Source of the DNA: Geosiphon pyriformis uo1
Lineage: Eukaryota; Fungi; Glomeromycota
DNA length: 64,000 bases
Assembly: GCA_016748015.1 (NCBI GenBank)
Contig: JAAOMT010000276.1
Coordinates: 434,001 to 498,000, forward strand
Direction: 5' to 3'
The notes beneath the pieces were generated by a model. The model had not been told where the DNA came from. It made no database searches and saw only the letters and a list, made by a program, of their open reading frames with translations. Of this stretch, positions 12,216 to 24,870 are shown one piece after another. The translations under genes were made by a program, and so were the position numbers. Within the stretch, counting starts at the first letter, position 1; the number at the start of each line of letters is the position of its first letter.

Positions 12216-14517
12216 TAATTTATTAAGATATAAAAATTTTTTGTCTCTTTAATTTTATAACCACAACCAGAGCAAAGAGTAAAAAGGCTGCATCTAATAT
12301 CTGTTCTGAGATATCTAATAAAATTTCAACCAGAAGAGCTCTCTCTGTTGTAGAAGCAACTAGGCAAAATGTTTTAGAAGCCTTTCTCTTACCCAGTAAT
12401 CGTAATAAGCTGCCTTTAGTAGCCACTAAAACAACTTCCTCATCTTTGGCTGGTTTCTTACCAGTCAAAGTCCTCTCAAAGAGACACATTTGGGTTAGTC
12501 CCAATGTTGCCTCCACTCCAACCAAGAGCCCAAAAGTTTTTAATAATAAACCAATAAATAAGCTGGTATTTCTCTCCATAGCTTTAACATCTGGTGCTGC
12601 TAGCACTTCTTTTTCAAAAAAAATGGTCAAAAAGACCAAAAGTTCAGAAAAGTGAGGACAGTTGCTTGCGTCTACTATTGTTACACCGAATTCTTTTGTG
12701 GTTCCCAATAAGATCTTAGATGAAATCTCCATGGCATTATCCAGCACGTCATCCAAGATGGGCCAAGATCAACCACTGACTGTATTGCCAAATGTAGTGT
12801 CTTCTGGCAAATCATCGCCAGTTTTAGAAGCAAAACAATCTTCTCCTGTTGGGTCACCTGTCCTTGGAAACTGAGCTAATCAAATAGAAACTGATTCATC
12901 TTCTCCTCTAGTTTTTGGTGCTACTTCTGGTGGTGCTTGGGAAACTATTACTAGTTGTCAAAGGTTTGCTGAGTGGGTGGTCTCCACTCTGGTGCCTAGT
13001 GCTACTTTTAAGATCAAATTGGTTCATGTTAAGACTGTTTTTCAGTCTGTGCATGGTTTCTTGGATGCTAAATCTGTTTCAAAAGACAATGTAAAGCTTT
13101 TCTGTGTGAAGTTTGCTTCTCAACAGTCTTTGGAAGCTGTATTTCTGGTTGAGTTTACAAGCTTTGTTTGTTTGGCCACTCTTAAAATTGCCAAGTCTTT
13201 GGTGGTTTCTGAATCTGGTTCCTTTCCTGCTGCTGTTGTGCTGTGTGATATACCTTTGAGTGTATCTGCTGCTAATGTTAAGTTGGCTCTCAGTGTGTTT
13301 GGTAGTGTTACTCGTGTTGTGCTGAAGCCTGCTGGCATTTGGCAGTATGTGGTGGTTTATTTTAAAAAGTTGGATTTTGCTGTGTCTGTCTTGAAGCATT
13401 GGTCAGTCTTGGTGGGCAAAGATAGTGTTAGAATCCTCCCTCTGGTGAATCAAAATGAGACTATTTTGTCTTATAATAAGTTTAAGACCAAATTGGTCAA
13501 TCTTCCCCCTAACTGTACTGCTTTTGAAATCAGTGATATGATTTCTCAGATTGGTGATTGAACATGTTTTATTCCTCGTTTTCCTGATTCCGGTTGTCAT
13601 TCCTGGTTTCCTTTGGTTATATTTGACTTTTAAGGTGATTTAAATTCTGCTGTAGTCAAGACTGGTATTCTAAAGAAATGCCGTATCTGGTGAGAAACTC
13701 CTGGCTGCCAGTGCTGCTTTAGGTGTCAAGAAATGGGCCATCTGGCCATGGATTGCAAGATTTTCTCACCTTCCACTCCCAAAATTCCCAAGATTTTCAA
13801 GTCTCATTTTGTGGGTTCTGCTTCATATGTCAAGACTGCTGCTCCTTCTGGTTTTTCTGAGTTTCCTTCTTTAGTGGCTCTTTCGGCTGCTTCTGCTGCT
13901 GATCCTGTTGTTGGTTCCAGATTGGACTCTTTGGAAAAGCAGATTTCGGATTTGGCTGCTCTGGTTAAGTCTATTGTTGAGCCTGTTGGTTCTTTGGTTG
14001 CTTTGGTGTTTCATCTTCTTAATGATAATGCTGTTAAAGCTGTTTAGGTCGAGAAAGATATTATTTCCATGAAGAGTGCTGTTAACAATTTTGCTAACCT
14101 CATGGTTGGAGTTTCTAAGGACATTGCTTGTCTTAGATCTAAGGTTGACTTTGGTGGTATAGATTATGATAGTATACTGGCTGCTAAGCCTTCCTTTTTA
14201 AGTGAAGACACTGTTGAGTGTGTTATTGCTTTGTGGTAAATGTCTGGTGCTGAAACCAGGAGCAATATTGAATCTACTAAATTGTTTCTTAGCGAGTTTA
14301 TTTTTGACTCTAGGAATCTGAATGGTATCATTAAGAAAATTCGTGGGTTGGGATTATTTTCACCTACTTTTGATTCAGCGTAGTGAGTCTTTGATTGGGC
14401 CAAGTATCTGATCACGTGTAGAAAACACATGATTTATGCCTATAATGTAATTTCTTCTGTGGTATTATAGTTTTAGATTGTATTTGGGTCTCGCTCATTA
14501 AATAAATAAATAAAAAA
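12216..14517 (+). mobile_element. ORF1-only non-LTR element D1 (HAL1-like)
   Basis: TSD AAATTAATAGA at 12205-12215 and 14518-14528; A-rich tail ~14490-14517; single ORF1-like frame; no ORF2. Confidence 0.85.
12257..14383 (+). pseudogene. ORF1-like protein of D1 (~708 aa: S/P-rich N-terminus, RRM-like domains, CCHC knuckle, coiled coil)
   Basis: Fragments 12446, 12662, 12977 and 13733 share one frame; CFRCQEMGHLAMDC; RLDSLEKQISDLAALVK; start decayed to ATA; internal stops. Confidence 0.8.
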
Positions 14518-17064
14518 AAATTAATAGAGATCATTGAAAATTTAATTTTAAGAATATCAACAATGCAAAATAAAATTGGTTTAAAGATACTATATTTGCT
14601 AATATTATAATATATTTTAAGAAATTTGTTGCTTTTAAAAAAATTTTGAATTTAAATACAATGTAGAATATTTAAAAATAATATATTTTTTAACTAATAA
14701 AATATTTAAAAAAAAGTAATTCAAAAAATTTAATAATATTTTTACCAAAAATTTTCAAAGTTTCATAAATTAAAAATTTTGGTGTCTAAAATTATTAAGT
14801 TTTTATAAGTAAGATCCAATAATAAATTAGTTTTTTTAATAAACTGTTAGATATTTTTAAACTGTAATAAGGCTTTAAGTATTTAAGTTTTGTTAAATTC
14901 TGGTACTGGTTTTAATAGTGTGAGCTTTGTTTTATTTAATGTAAAAAAATCTTATCATGTTTTTAAACTTACCAAATTATTAAAAATTAAGAAATTAAAT
15001 ATTAAATCAGTTATTATTAAACAAATAAAAAATATTGCTGTTAATAAAAATTATATAATCAGAAGTGTTTTAGAACACTTTTTTCAAAAAATAGTTTTAG
15101 ATTACTTAGTTGTTAATAATAAGCTGGTTCTAAATTCTAATAAAGTTAAGTTTAAAATTAATATAATTATGAAAAATTAAACAAAAAAAAATTAATGTTA
15201 AACAATGTTTTAAAATTATGAGATTATTAATATTTGTCTTTGGTTTATATTAATAATAATGTTTTTTTTAATGATATAAGTACTATTATATATGATAAAA
15301 TATTATATGTAATCAAAAATTTGTTTAATAGAAAAACTATTAACTTGTTTAATATTATTAATAAATTGTAAAAACATTATAATAATTTTGTTTTGGAAAT
15401 GTTTTTGGATTTACTAAACTTTTGTTTAATATATAAATTTGTTTTTTAATCTTAAAAAAAAGTTTAAGTATTTATAATTTTTAAATCATATAAATAAAAA
15501 AAAGTTTTGACTAATACCAAATCTATTGTCTTAATTAAAACTGTTTAAAAAATTCTTTTCAAGATTTTTTTAATCAGAATTTTTTTAGTTTATAGTAAAT
15601 TTAATGTTCTTTATAATAACAATTTTTTTGTTTTAAAAAGTATTATTATTCAGTTTCCAATTTTTGTAATGAACTTGATAATAAAAGATGTTTTAAAAAA
15701 AATCATAAACTTTAGTTGGTCTTGTAAAATATACAAAAAACATACAATTTTGTTAATTGATATTATTTAGAAAGTAATTTGGTTTGTGTAAAAATATGTA
15801 AGCAGTTTATAAGATTTTTTGGTAATATTTACAATAATAAAGTTAATTAAATTATAATAAATTATAAATTAATTAATAGATACCAGATATATAATAGTCT
15901 AAATTAAGTTGAAATTTTTTCTTTACTGTTTTAAAGAATTTTTTATAATTTTTTATTATACAAAATAAAAAAATATAAAAGTTTGTGTAATTATTATCTT
16001 AATACTAAGTTTATTGTCTAAACTAACAGAGTTAAAAGTTAGACTGAATTGATTTTTTTTTAACAACTGATGCTTTTATTAACAATATTATCTAAGTAGA
16101 AAATAGTTAAGCTGTTACTTAATATATTCTAAATATTGCAAATAAGTTTTTTAAAATCAATAAAATTTTAATTAACAATAAAAAAACAATAGTTATTTCT
16201 ATTAATTAGAAAATCAAAGAAACTTTATTATTGATAAGTGGTCTGTTGATTTCTATTGTATAGAAAAAAAAATTTTATAAATATTTAAGTATTTATTTAT
16301 TATTAAAAGATTTGTCTAAATTTAGTCTGGCAAAAATATATTTAAATATTAAGTTTTTTGCTAATATAGTCTTAAAAAAATTATTTTAAACAAATAATTT
16401 CTTTATTAAGTTTTGGCTGTCCTTTAACTTGTTGTTAATTACAGAATTTAATTTAGTTTTATCTTTAAAAATATATGCAACAAATGTGATATGTTAATTA
16501 AAAAGTATCTAAAAATAAAAACTAGTTTACTAAAAAAATTTTTTAATAAGACTAATTATTATTTATTTTTATATAACTTGAAAATTTTTGAGCAGATGTA
16601 AACAAAAAATAAAGTAGCAATAATAATGTATTTTTTTAATACTAAAATTTAGTGTAAATAGCTTATAAAAACATAACAATCTTAATTAAATAGAAACATA
16701 TCTTTAATAATTTTAATATTCTATTTATATTATTTATGTTCTTAATTAAAATATTTTTTTTTGTTATTATTTATATAATGTTTGTTATAAAATTAGAATT
16801 TAATTTAAATTATTTATTAATAAAATATTAACTTAGAAACCAAAAGCTTTAATTTTAGAAAATATAAAATACAAAAATTTTTAATATATAAAGTTTTATT
16901 AAACTAATATTTAGAAAACACTTAATTAGTAACAAAATACACAATATTTTTAAGATATTTTTATATTATATCTAAGATACTTAATAATTTTAAACTCTTA
17001 AAATTGTATTTTAAAGCAATTAATTTTTGCAAAATAATATCTTTAAATTTAATTTATTTTATAT

Positions 17065-17811
17065 TGTTATGGATTAAAGTAACAAGCTAACAGATAGCAA
17101 GGGAGAACAGGATTGTAGAGTGATGGAAATAATCAAAGAGAATTCAACTTCAATGAGCAAATTGAATGAGTATAGATTCAATGTGCAAAATTAGTCTTAT
17201 AAAATATTTCAGTTGCTATTTTTTTTAAAAGATAATAAGGGAATCTGAAGGTAGAGGGATAGTCTGTACTGTCAACAATTAATAACTGCTAGTATAATTC
17301 TATGCCTCACGTCAGTACTCTTAGAATTCAATATCAGGTATCAACTTGTGCTCTTCAGTTATATTTATTCAAATAATCTTCAAATACTGTAATTACACAT
17401 TTCAAGAAAGTGCCAACAAGTAATCTTTTATCCAAAAGATGTTCAGATACTTGAAGGTAGGGAAAGGGAAATTAGTGATAAGAGAATATTTGAGATGGAA
17501 GTTTGTTATTTTATTTCTTTGATTGTCTTAATTCCTTACATTGATATTTTTCTATAGCTAAGAGACTCATTACTTATATATCTATTGAAAGTGGTCAACA
17601 ACCAGGTCAATAATTAGGTCAATGATCAGGTCAATAATCAGGTCAATGATCAGGTCATTGATCAGATTAATGATCAGGTCAATGATCAGATCAATGGTCA
17701 GGTCATTGATCAAGTCAATGATCACTATTTAAAAATAATGTGGCTAATTATATAACATTAGTGGCTAATACATGTAATAACTAATAAAAACTATGAGTTT
17801 CAACCATAACA
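17065..17811 (-). repeat. 3' LTR of A1
   Basis: TGTTATGG...CCATAACA; PPT GGAGAGGATGA adjacent on minus strand. Confidence 0.92.
17593..17724. repeat. 12-bp tandem array (GGTCAATGATCA) x11 in U3
   Basis: Counted directly; TATATAAG follows on the minus strand. Confidence 0.9.
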
Positions 17812-18533
17812 TCATCCTCTCCAAAGAGATTGAACTCTGGCAAAATCAAACTATTTAGAAGATACTCTATTTGAAGGGTTTTATTTAACTCAAAACTAAC
17901 TAGTTTGTTGAAGTCTTTTGTGAATAAGATATATAAAACTTGAGGTGAAATGAGCTTTGTGTCCAAGAGACCAAATCTTTGTATAAGAGTTTTGGCTCTT
18001 TTTGCAATGGTCAAAACTCTTGGGAAATCTAATTGTACAATGTCCAAAATTTCCACTTGTATCTCAGAAGTTGTTTTCTTCATGAGCTTCATGTCTTCTA
18101 TGATTTCACCAAGATGACCATAGAGTTCTAGTTGTCTTTTATATGACAAGTTTTTGTCTATGGGCAAGATTTTTTTAATTGTTTTTTTAATTGTGATAGA
18201 AGATACAAGTATTGCTGCTGTTATACTTTCCAGCAAATACTTATCCATTTTGCTACCAATTTTTTCTCTTCTGGTAGTTGTTTTCTTTGGTCTGATAACA
18301 GTATGTGTTTCACTGTTGTCAGTTATTGTAGTTTGTTTTTCAATAGTCAGAGTAGCATTTGGATAGTTTTTAATCCAATACTCATGAAGAGTATAGAAAG
18401 CATTTTGAATGTTTTGATCCAAAAAATAATTGTTAATATTGATTGAAGATACCTCTGTTTTGGGAGTGGTGTATTTATTTATATCTGATTTTTGCTGATC
18501 ATTTGAGTCGGTATTACCACAACAGGTAACCAA
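17781..18533 (-). CDS. A-family ORF3, unknown protein; frame open but probable start (MNNYFL, ~18440) decayed
   Basis: 250-codon open frame conserved in A2, A3, A4; runs through the PPT into the LTR. Confidence 0.65.
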   Translation of the reverse strand: MVTCCGNTDSNDQQKSDINKYTTPKTEVSSININNYFLDQNIQNAFYTLHEYWIKNYPNATLTIEKQTTITDNSETHTVIRPKKTTTRREKIGSKMDKYLLESITAAILVSSITIKKTIKKILPIDKNLSYKRQLELYGHLGEIIEDMKLMKKTTSEIQVEILDIVQLDFPRVLTIAKRAKTLIQRFGLLDTKLISPQVLYILFTKDFNKLVSFELNKTLQIEYLLNSLILPEFNLFGEDDVMVETHSFY

Positions 18534-19792
18534 TCAGATTGTTTGTGATATTTCTTGAGTCGTGTGTCATGAACAAGGCGATCATTAAAGATTGTTCCGG
18601 ATTGATCTTGAAGAATATAAGAACTATTGTTCAGAACTTTGTTGACTATAAAGGGTCTTTTCCATCAGTTAGAGAATTTATCATCATAGACATTGTTTCT
18701 GTCTGAACGGTATTCCAAAACCAAGTCACCAATGCTTAAGGAAAGTGTTTTATATGTTTTCTTTTTCTTAAGCTTCTCTTGGAACTGTTTTATCTTTTCA
18801 AAGGCAATTATCCATACCTCTACCAATGAGTCAAAAATGGTACCAAGTCTTCTTTGCAAAATGTCTTTGTAATTCCCTATTGTGATTTTTTTAAAGGGTA
18901 TTGTCTCAATATCAGTTTCTATTGGTAGTATTGCCATTCGTCCATAGAACAGATAAAAAAGTTCATAACTTGTTATGTCATGATTTACAGTTCTATAAGC
19001 AAACAAAGCTGAAGACAGTATTTTGTTCTATAAGTTTGTTTCTTCATTTGTTTTGGCTAAGGTTTCACACAGTGTTCTATTAAAACATTCCACTAGGCCA
19101 TTTGTTTAAGGGTAATAAAGGAAAAAAAGTTTGTGATATATTCCCATTTTTCTACAAAGTTTTTCAACCAGTGTACTAAGAAAAGCTCTTCCTCTATCAG
19201 ATAAAAGTTCTTTGGGACAGCCATGGCAACAAATGATATCTTCATAAATGAAATTAGCAATGGAAACTGCTGTTTAATTTGGGGTGGCTCTTGCTTCTAC
19301 CCACTTTGTAAAATAGTCAGTAGCTGTGATAATGTATCTGTTGCCATCAAAAGTTACTGTTAATGGTCCAACAACATCTATACCAATTCTGTCAAAGGGT
19401 TGGCCAACAGAGATTGGATGGATGTCTTCTTTGTAATTGGGTTTTTTTCTTTTTTGGCAGGTATTACAGATTTTAATGTACTCAGCAATGTCTTTTCCCA
19501 AGGTAGGCCAATAATAGTGAGCTAGAGTTTTCTGAATTGTTTTTGTTTTTCCAAAGTGTCTAGCTAATAGATCAGTGTGCATGTTGTAGATCACAATTTC
19601 TCTTTCTTCAAATCTTATGACTCTTTGGGGGCAGTCAGGATTTTTTCTATTTCTTTTATATAATTGGTTCTGGTAGATCAAATAAAAATTTGATTGTTTG
19701 CACAAATGTTTTCTTTGCTGTTGAGTGTATTCTAATAGGTATTGTTCTTTACCCAAAAATTCTATTAAGACAGAGTAGTTTTCCAAATCCAT
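18479..19792 (-). pseudogene. Integrase ORF (A1)
   Basis: HHCC (MHTD..ARH..CNTC), FDRIGIDVVGP core, separate ATG; stops. Confidence 0.9.
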
Positions 19793-19856
19793 TATTGTGT
19801 TTGGTTATAAGAGAATTACTAATAATTAGGTTGGTTTGGTTTGGGAGATTGTACTG

Positions 19857-22540
19857 TTACTTGGTGGTAAGTCTGGAGAAAGCGTTGGCATTTTGATGAT
19901 TAGCTCCTTTACAGTATTGAATATCATAGTCAAATTCATCCAAGTGGAGTATCCAGTGGGCTATCCATTTATGTTCTAGCCTTTTTTTGTTGTGCAGCCA
20001 AACCAAAGCTTGGTGATCTGTTACCACCAAAAACTTCACATCAAGGAGATACTTATTCCAGTAGCTGGTAGTCCAAACTACTGCTAAGCATTCCTGCTCA
20101 GTAACTGAATAGTTTTTTTCTGCTGATGTAAGAGTTCTACTGGCATAGGCTATTGCATATTCTCTGTTATCTTCATCTTTTTGTGAGAGAACAGCACCAA
20201 GTCCATAGTCAGATGCATCAATGTGAAGAATGAAAGGTGGATCCAGATCAGGTTGCTTGAGAATAGATTCTGTAACCAGTTTTTTCTTTAAAGTTTCAAA
20301 GGCTTTTTACTAATGTGTTCTCCAATAGTAATTGACATTTTTTTTGAGTAGCTGATTGAGAGAAAAGGCGATTTTGGAAAAATTCTTAACAAATTTGCAA
20401 TAATAGGAGACCAAACCAAGGAAAAAATGTAACTTATAAACATTCATTGGTTGTCTTATGTTCTGAACTTTTTCTACTTTGGCTGAGTCAGGGAAGATTC
20501 CATCTTTTGTAATAAGATGGCCAAGGAATTGAGTGGATTGTTTTCCAAAGAAAGATTTGATTGAGTTGATCTTGAGACCTGTATTTCTGAGAAGATCAAA
20601 AACCTTTTGTAAATGTTCAAGGTGTTCATCTCAGGTTTTTGAGTACACCATTATATCGTCCAGATAGACCAGAACAAAGTTTTCTTTCACTGATTCAAAT
20701 ACTTTATCCATTAAGTGTTGAAAAGTGGGAGGGGCATTGATGAGACCAAAAGGCATGACTGTAAATTCATAAGTGCCATACTTGGTAATGAAGACGGTTT
20801 TCTTCTAGCTTTCTGGATTCATCTCTACTTGCCAAAATCCAGCAATTAGATCAATGGTTGAAAAGAAAGCAGCATCTTTGAATTGGTTCAGCATTGCATC
20901 AATCTTGAGAAGTAGGTACATGTCTCTTTCAGTAATGACATTTAATTGGTGGTAGTCAACACAGAAGTGTAGGGTTCCACCTTTCTTAGATACCACTACA
21001 ACTGGGAAAGCCTATTTACTCTTGGTTTTTTGTATGAAACCAAGTTCTTTCATCTGGTTTATTTTTTTCTTGATAAACTCATCATTTCAGCGATTGGATT
21101 GGTAAGGCTTCAAATAGATGGGATGAGTTTCTCTGGTGGTGATAATATGTTGTATCACATGAGTTCATCCAGGGGTATCACCTTCTTTTGAAATAACTGG
21201 GCTGTTTCTAGCCAGCAGATTTTCAATGTCTATTTTTCTTTCTTCTGGAAAGAATTCTCTTTGTTTTACAACTAGTAATTGGATCTCAGATGGTTCATTT
21301 TCAAAAGACTTTTGGACTTCTTTCAATTTTTTTCTAGGTATCAAACTGATTGGTTCCCAATCTTTGTAATAAATCAGGCATGATTTGCATTTATCACTTG
21401 GATAATACAAGAGTTGATTGTACTAGCACTGGACACAAGGACCATGCCACCAATAACAGTACTTGGCTTTCTTGCCAGGTTTTTGGTCAAAGATTCTTCT
21501 AAAAATATCATAGTAGGGCCAGCAAATCAGCTTGCCATTTACAATGATTCTCTCTCTATCAGTTTTAATATTGTCTAGTGGCTTGTTATTGCTGGTGAAG
21601 GTGGTGTAGGTGAGTTCAGCAGTTTCTTCTTGTTCATCTTTTTCATCACTCTCTTCATTATCTGATTTCTCTAATTGCTCATCTTCTTGATTTTGTTTGG
21701 TTGCTAGAGGAGTTGTCCAATGTCAACATTTAACCACAATGGGTTTTTCATCACATCTTATGGTTAGCTCACAAAGTTCATAGTTGAATAAGGCTTTTGC
21801 TTTCTTGAGCCACTCATTGCCAACAATGATGGTGTATTCTTTAGCTTCAGAAACTTCCATGTCAGTTTTAATGCTGATTCCATTGATGTGGACAGGAACA
21901 GCTTTGGCAATACCCAGTCCTTTCTTTTTGTCACCATGTACATTGGTCATTGGTCAGGTGGAAGGCTCATCAATTTTTCTGCCAATTGCTTTAAGGAAGT
22001 GTTTGGCAATTACACTAACAAATGATCCACTGTTTAGGATCAAGTCAATAAAATAACCAGCCACTTGTGCTTTGCAAATTAGAGGAGTGACATTGCTGTT
22101 GTTAACAAGTCCAGCTTGGTAAAGGTGTTTATTGGTCTTTAGTGTTTTTTTCTTGGGGATTAGAGATTTGTGGAGATTTTTTCTGAACTGTGGATGGGTT
22201 ATTAACTGGCCAAAAATAATGTGTGCTGGGGTTTCCATGAGATCTTTGACAACAGAATAGGGTTCAGATTTTTGTACAATTTTTGGGGATTCCAACTTTG
22301 GAGAGTTTTTAAAAACTTTGGCTTTTGGTGGCTCATTGTTATCAGCAGTAGAAGTTGAGGCTTTGTTGGGATCTAAAACAAAATCAATCTTGGCTTTTTT
22401 TTTTTTCTGGTTGATTCAGAAGTGTTAATTGCTAATTCATCCATGTCATAGTCATTATCAGTTAAGTTAAATGCAAAAAAGGGGTTTTCTTCTGGTTGGC
22501 TTACACTCTTACCCTTTGGAGATGTGCCTACCAGTTTAAA
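19857..22540 (-). pseudogene. pol: pol PR-RT-RNase H (A1)
   Basis: LILNSGS protease remnant, CVDY, YLDD, TDHQAL, NANAFSRL. Confidence 0.9.
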
Positions 22541-24080
22541 AACTGATAGACTGTGGCTTCAACTAGAGAATCCTCTCCAAAGAAATTGATGTTGGCATGG
22601 TTGGGTCTTTGATTGGAAGCATTATTGTTGATGGGTTTATTGTTTTGATTGTTATTATTTCTGGGGACTGGAGGAGGTAAAGAAGGATTGTTGCAATCTC
22701 TTGAGAAATATCCAGTTAATCCACATCTATAACATACAGGAGGACCACGATTTTGCTGTCTTTGATTAGGAGATTGCTGGGACTAATTAAAACGTGGTTC
22801 ATATCTGGATCTTTGTGGTTGTTGGTTATCTTTAACTGCTTGTGCCAAAGGTTCTAATAACTGGGCAAGATTGGCTGTGAGTCTATCAATTAATTGTTCA
22901 TTTGGATTTTGAGTTTGGGCAGCAAAAGAGGCAGCAGCCATTTGAAGGGCAAGAGCCACGACAGGAGCAGAAGCAAAAACTGGAAGTATAGATCCCAAAT
23001 GTATTCTTTGGTTGTCTTCAATTTGTTGGGCAAGTTCAATGGCCATGTCCATATAGGATTGTCTTTCAAGACCAAAAGAGACCAAAGAGCATAAGATAAA
23101 TCGGTTCTCAATCTTTTTGTGAAGGAATGAATCTTTTGCTCTTCTGTCCAATTTCTTTCAGAGTCTACACACTTGATTAACTTTCTGATTGCTTTAGCAT
23201 ATTCAGTTACAATTTCACTAGAGCCTTGAGTTCTTCTTTTTAATTCCATGCACCACTTTGAAATTAAGATAGGAGTTCTAAATTTAGTTTCAAACCAGAT
23301 AGTAAAAGAGATGTTGTTTTCTCCAGCATTTGTCAGTGTCCATCTAATGATTTTTTGCTGAGCATTGGCATTGGTTTCTTGTGAGAACCAAGTAGCAGAA
23401 GAGCCTTAGAGATAGCCACCAACAATTTGGAACTTGTATTTATTATCATATTGGTTTGCTGTGGCAGCTCTTTCAAAATCATCCAGCTATTTGATTGGAT
23501 CTTGGGCATCACCTCTGAATAATGGTAATGGGGTGTTGTTTCTTTGCCCTAAAGCAGTCTGTATACCTTGGAGGGCAATCAGAATGTTTTGTTGTAGAGG
23601 GTTTTGTGCCATTGGTTTAGGTATAACTGTTTGTGTAGAGTGTTCTGATTTATTTAAAAAAAGATCAAAAACAGGAGCAGTTTGATAGCTTTCTTCTTCT
23701 GTTTTAAGGAGAGTTTTTGTTGATTGATGGGCAGCAATCCAAATGTGAATTTGATGGTTCAGATATTCGAGATCAGAGGGCTGTTGTTCAAAGGTTGTAG
23801 AATATAAGAGCTGATTAATACTGTTGTTTTTTTTTTCAAAGTTATTTTCAAAATAAGCTTGGTCAAAGTAATAGATTGTATAAGCTGTGTAGGTTTCAGC
23901 TGAATGCTCATTCAGAAACTAGTTCCAAAAGTCTTGGAATTGTCTGCTGGATTGTTCTTCAATGGGGAAACAAATCAAGCAGGAAAGCAAAGGATTGAGT
24001 TCAATAAAGTCTAGATTATTTTTGTTGTATGCTTTAAAGTATTCTTCTGATTGTTGTGGCAGGTATGAATAATCACTCAT
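22528..24080 (-). pseudogene. gag: gag (A1)
   Basis: Capsid-like region and CCHC knuckle remnant; homologous to A3 57917-59473. Confidence 0.85.
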
Positions 24081-24132
24081 ACAATAGAAAACAAAGTGGA
24101 TTTTAACAACCTCACAGAAAGCACCACTTTTA

Positions 24133-24866
24133 TGTTATGGGTTGGAGTAACAAGCTAATGGATAGTAAGGGAGAACAAAATTGTAGGGTGATGGAAATAA
24201 TCAAAGGGAATTCAATTTCAATAAGCAAATTGAATGAGTATAGATTCAATGTACAAGATCAGTCTTATAAAATATCTCAGTCACTATTTTTTTCAAAAGG
24301 TAACAAGGGAATCTGAAAGTAAAGGGATAGTCCATACTATTAACAATTGATAACTGCTGGTATAATTCTATGCCTCACATTGGCACTCTTAGAATTCAAT
24401 ATCAGGTATCAACTTGTGCTCTTCAGTCACATTTATTCAAATAATCTTCAAATACTGCAATTACACGTTTCAGAAAAGTGCCAACAAGTAATTTTTTATC
24501 CAAAAGATGTTCAGATACTTAAAGGTAGAGAAAAGAAAATTAGCAATAAGAGAATGTTTGAGATGGAAATTTGTTATTTTATTTCTTTGATTGTCTTGAT
24601 TTCTTACATTGATATTTTTCTATAGTTAAGAGACTCATCACTTATATATCTATTGAAAGTGGTCAATGACCAGGTCAATGATTAGGTCAATGATCAGGTC
24701 AATGATCAGGTCAATAATCAGGTCATTGATCAGATCAATAATCAGATCAATGATCAAGTTATTGATCAAGTCAATAATCATTATTTAAAAATAGGGTGGC
24801 TAATTATATGACATCAGTGGCTAATACATGTGATAATTAATAAAAACTATAAGTTTAACCATAACA
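24133..24866 (-). repeat. 5' LTR of A1
   Basis: Homologous to 17065-17811; 10 copies of 12-mer at 24661-24780; PBS adjacent. Confidence 0.92.
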
Positions 24867-24870
24867 ATAT

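Larger units (their letters stand above)
11056..16640 (+). mobile_element. Hypermutated LINE copy L-a (ORF1 end, APE, RT), interrupted by D1
   Basis: Reversing transitions restores ORF2 start ~11467, NTRPIALIE-like motif ~15513, QGEVFSPLLW-like ~15905, FVDD-like ~16075, RYLG-like ~16280; ends approximate. Confidence 0.75.
17065..24866 (-). mobile_element. Full-length Ty3/Gypsy family A copy A1 (7.8 kb)
   Basis: LTRs 17065-17811 and 24133-24866, TSD ATAT (17061-17064, 24867-24870), PBS 24110-24126, PPT after 17811, order gag-PR-RT-RH-INT. Confidence 0.95.

Noticed and set aside
17593-17724. Regular short repeats as a possible CRISPR array
   Set aside because: No unique spacers and no cas genes; they are tandem units inside LTRs
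17781-18533. ORF3 as an env gene
   Set aside because: No signal peptide, transmembrane segment or clear furin-site/fusion-peptide arrangement
24347-24625. ORFs within A and B LTRs (also 27165-27374, 37785-38015, 47022-47252)
   Set aside because: Non-ATG starts, broken in other LTR copies, no recognisable motif
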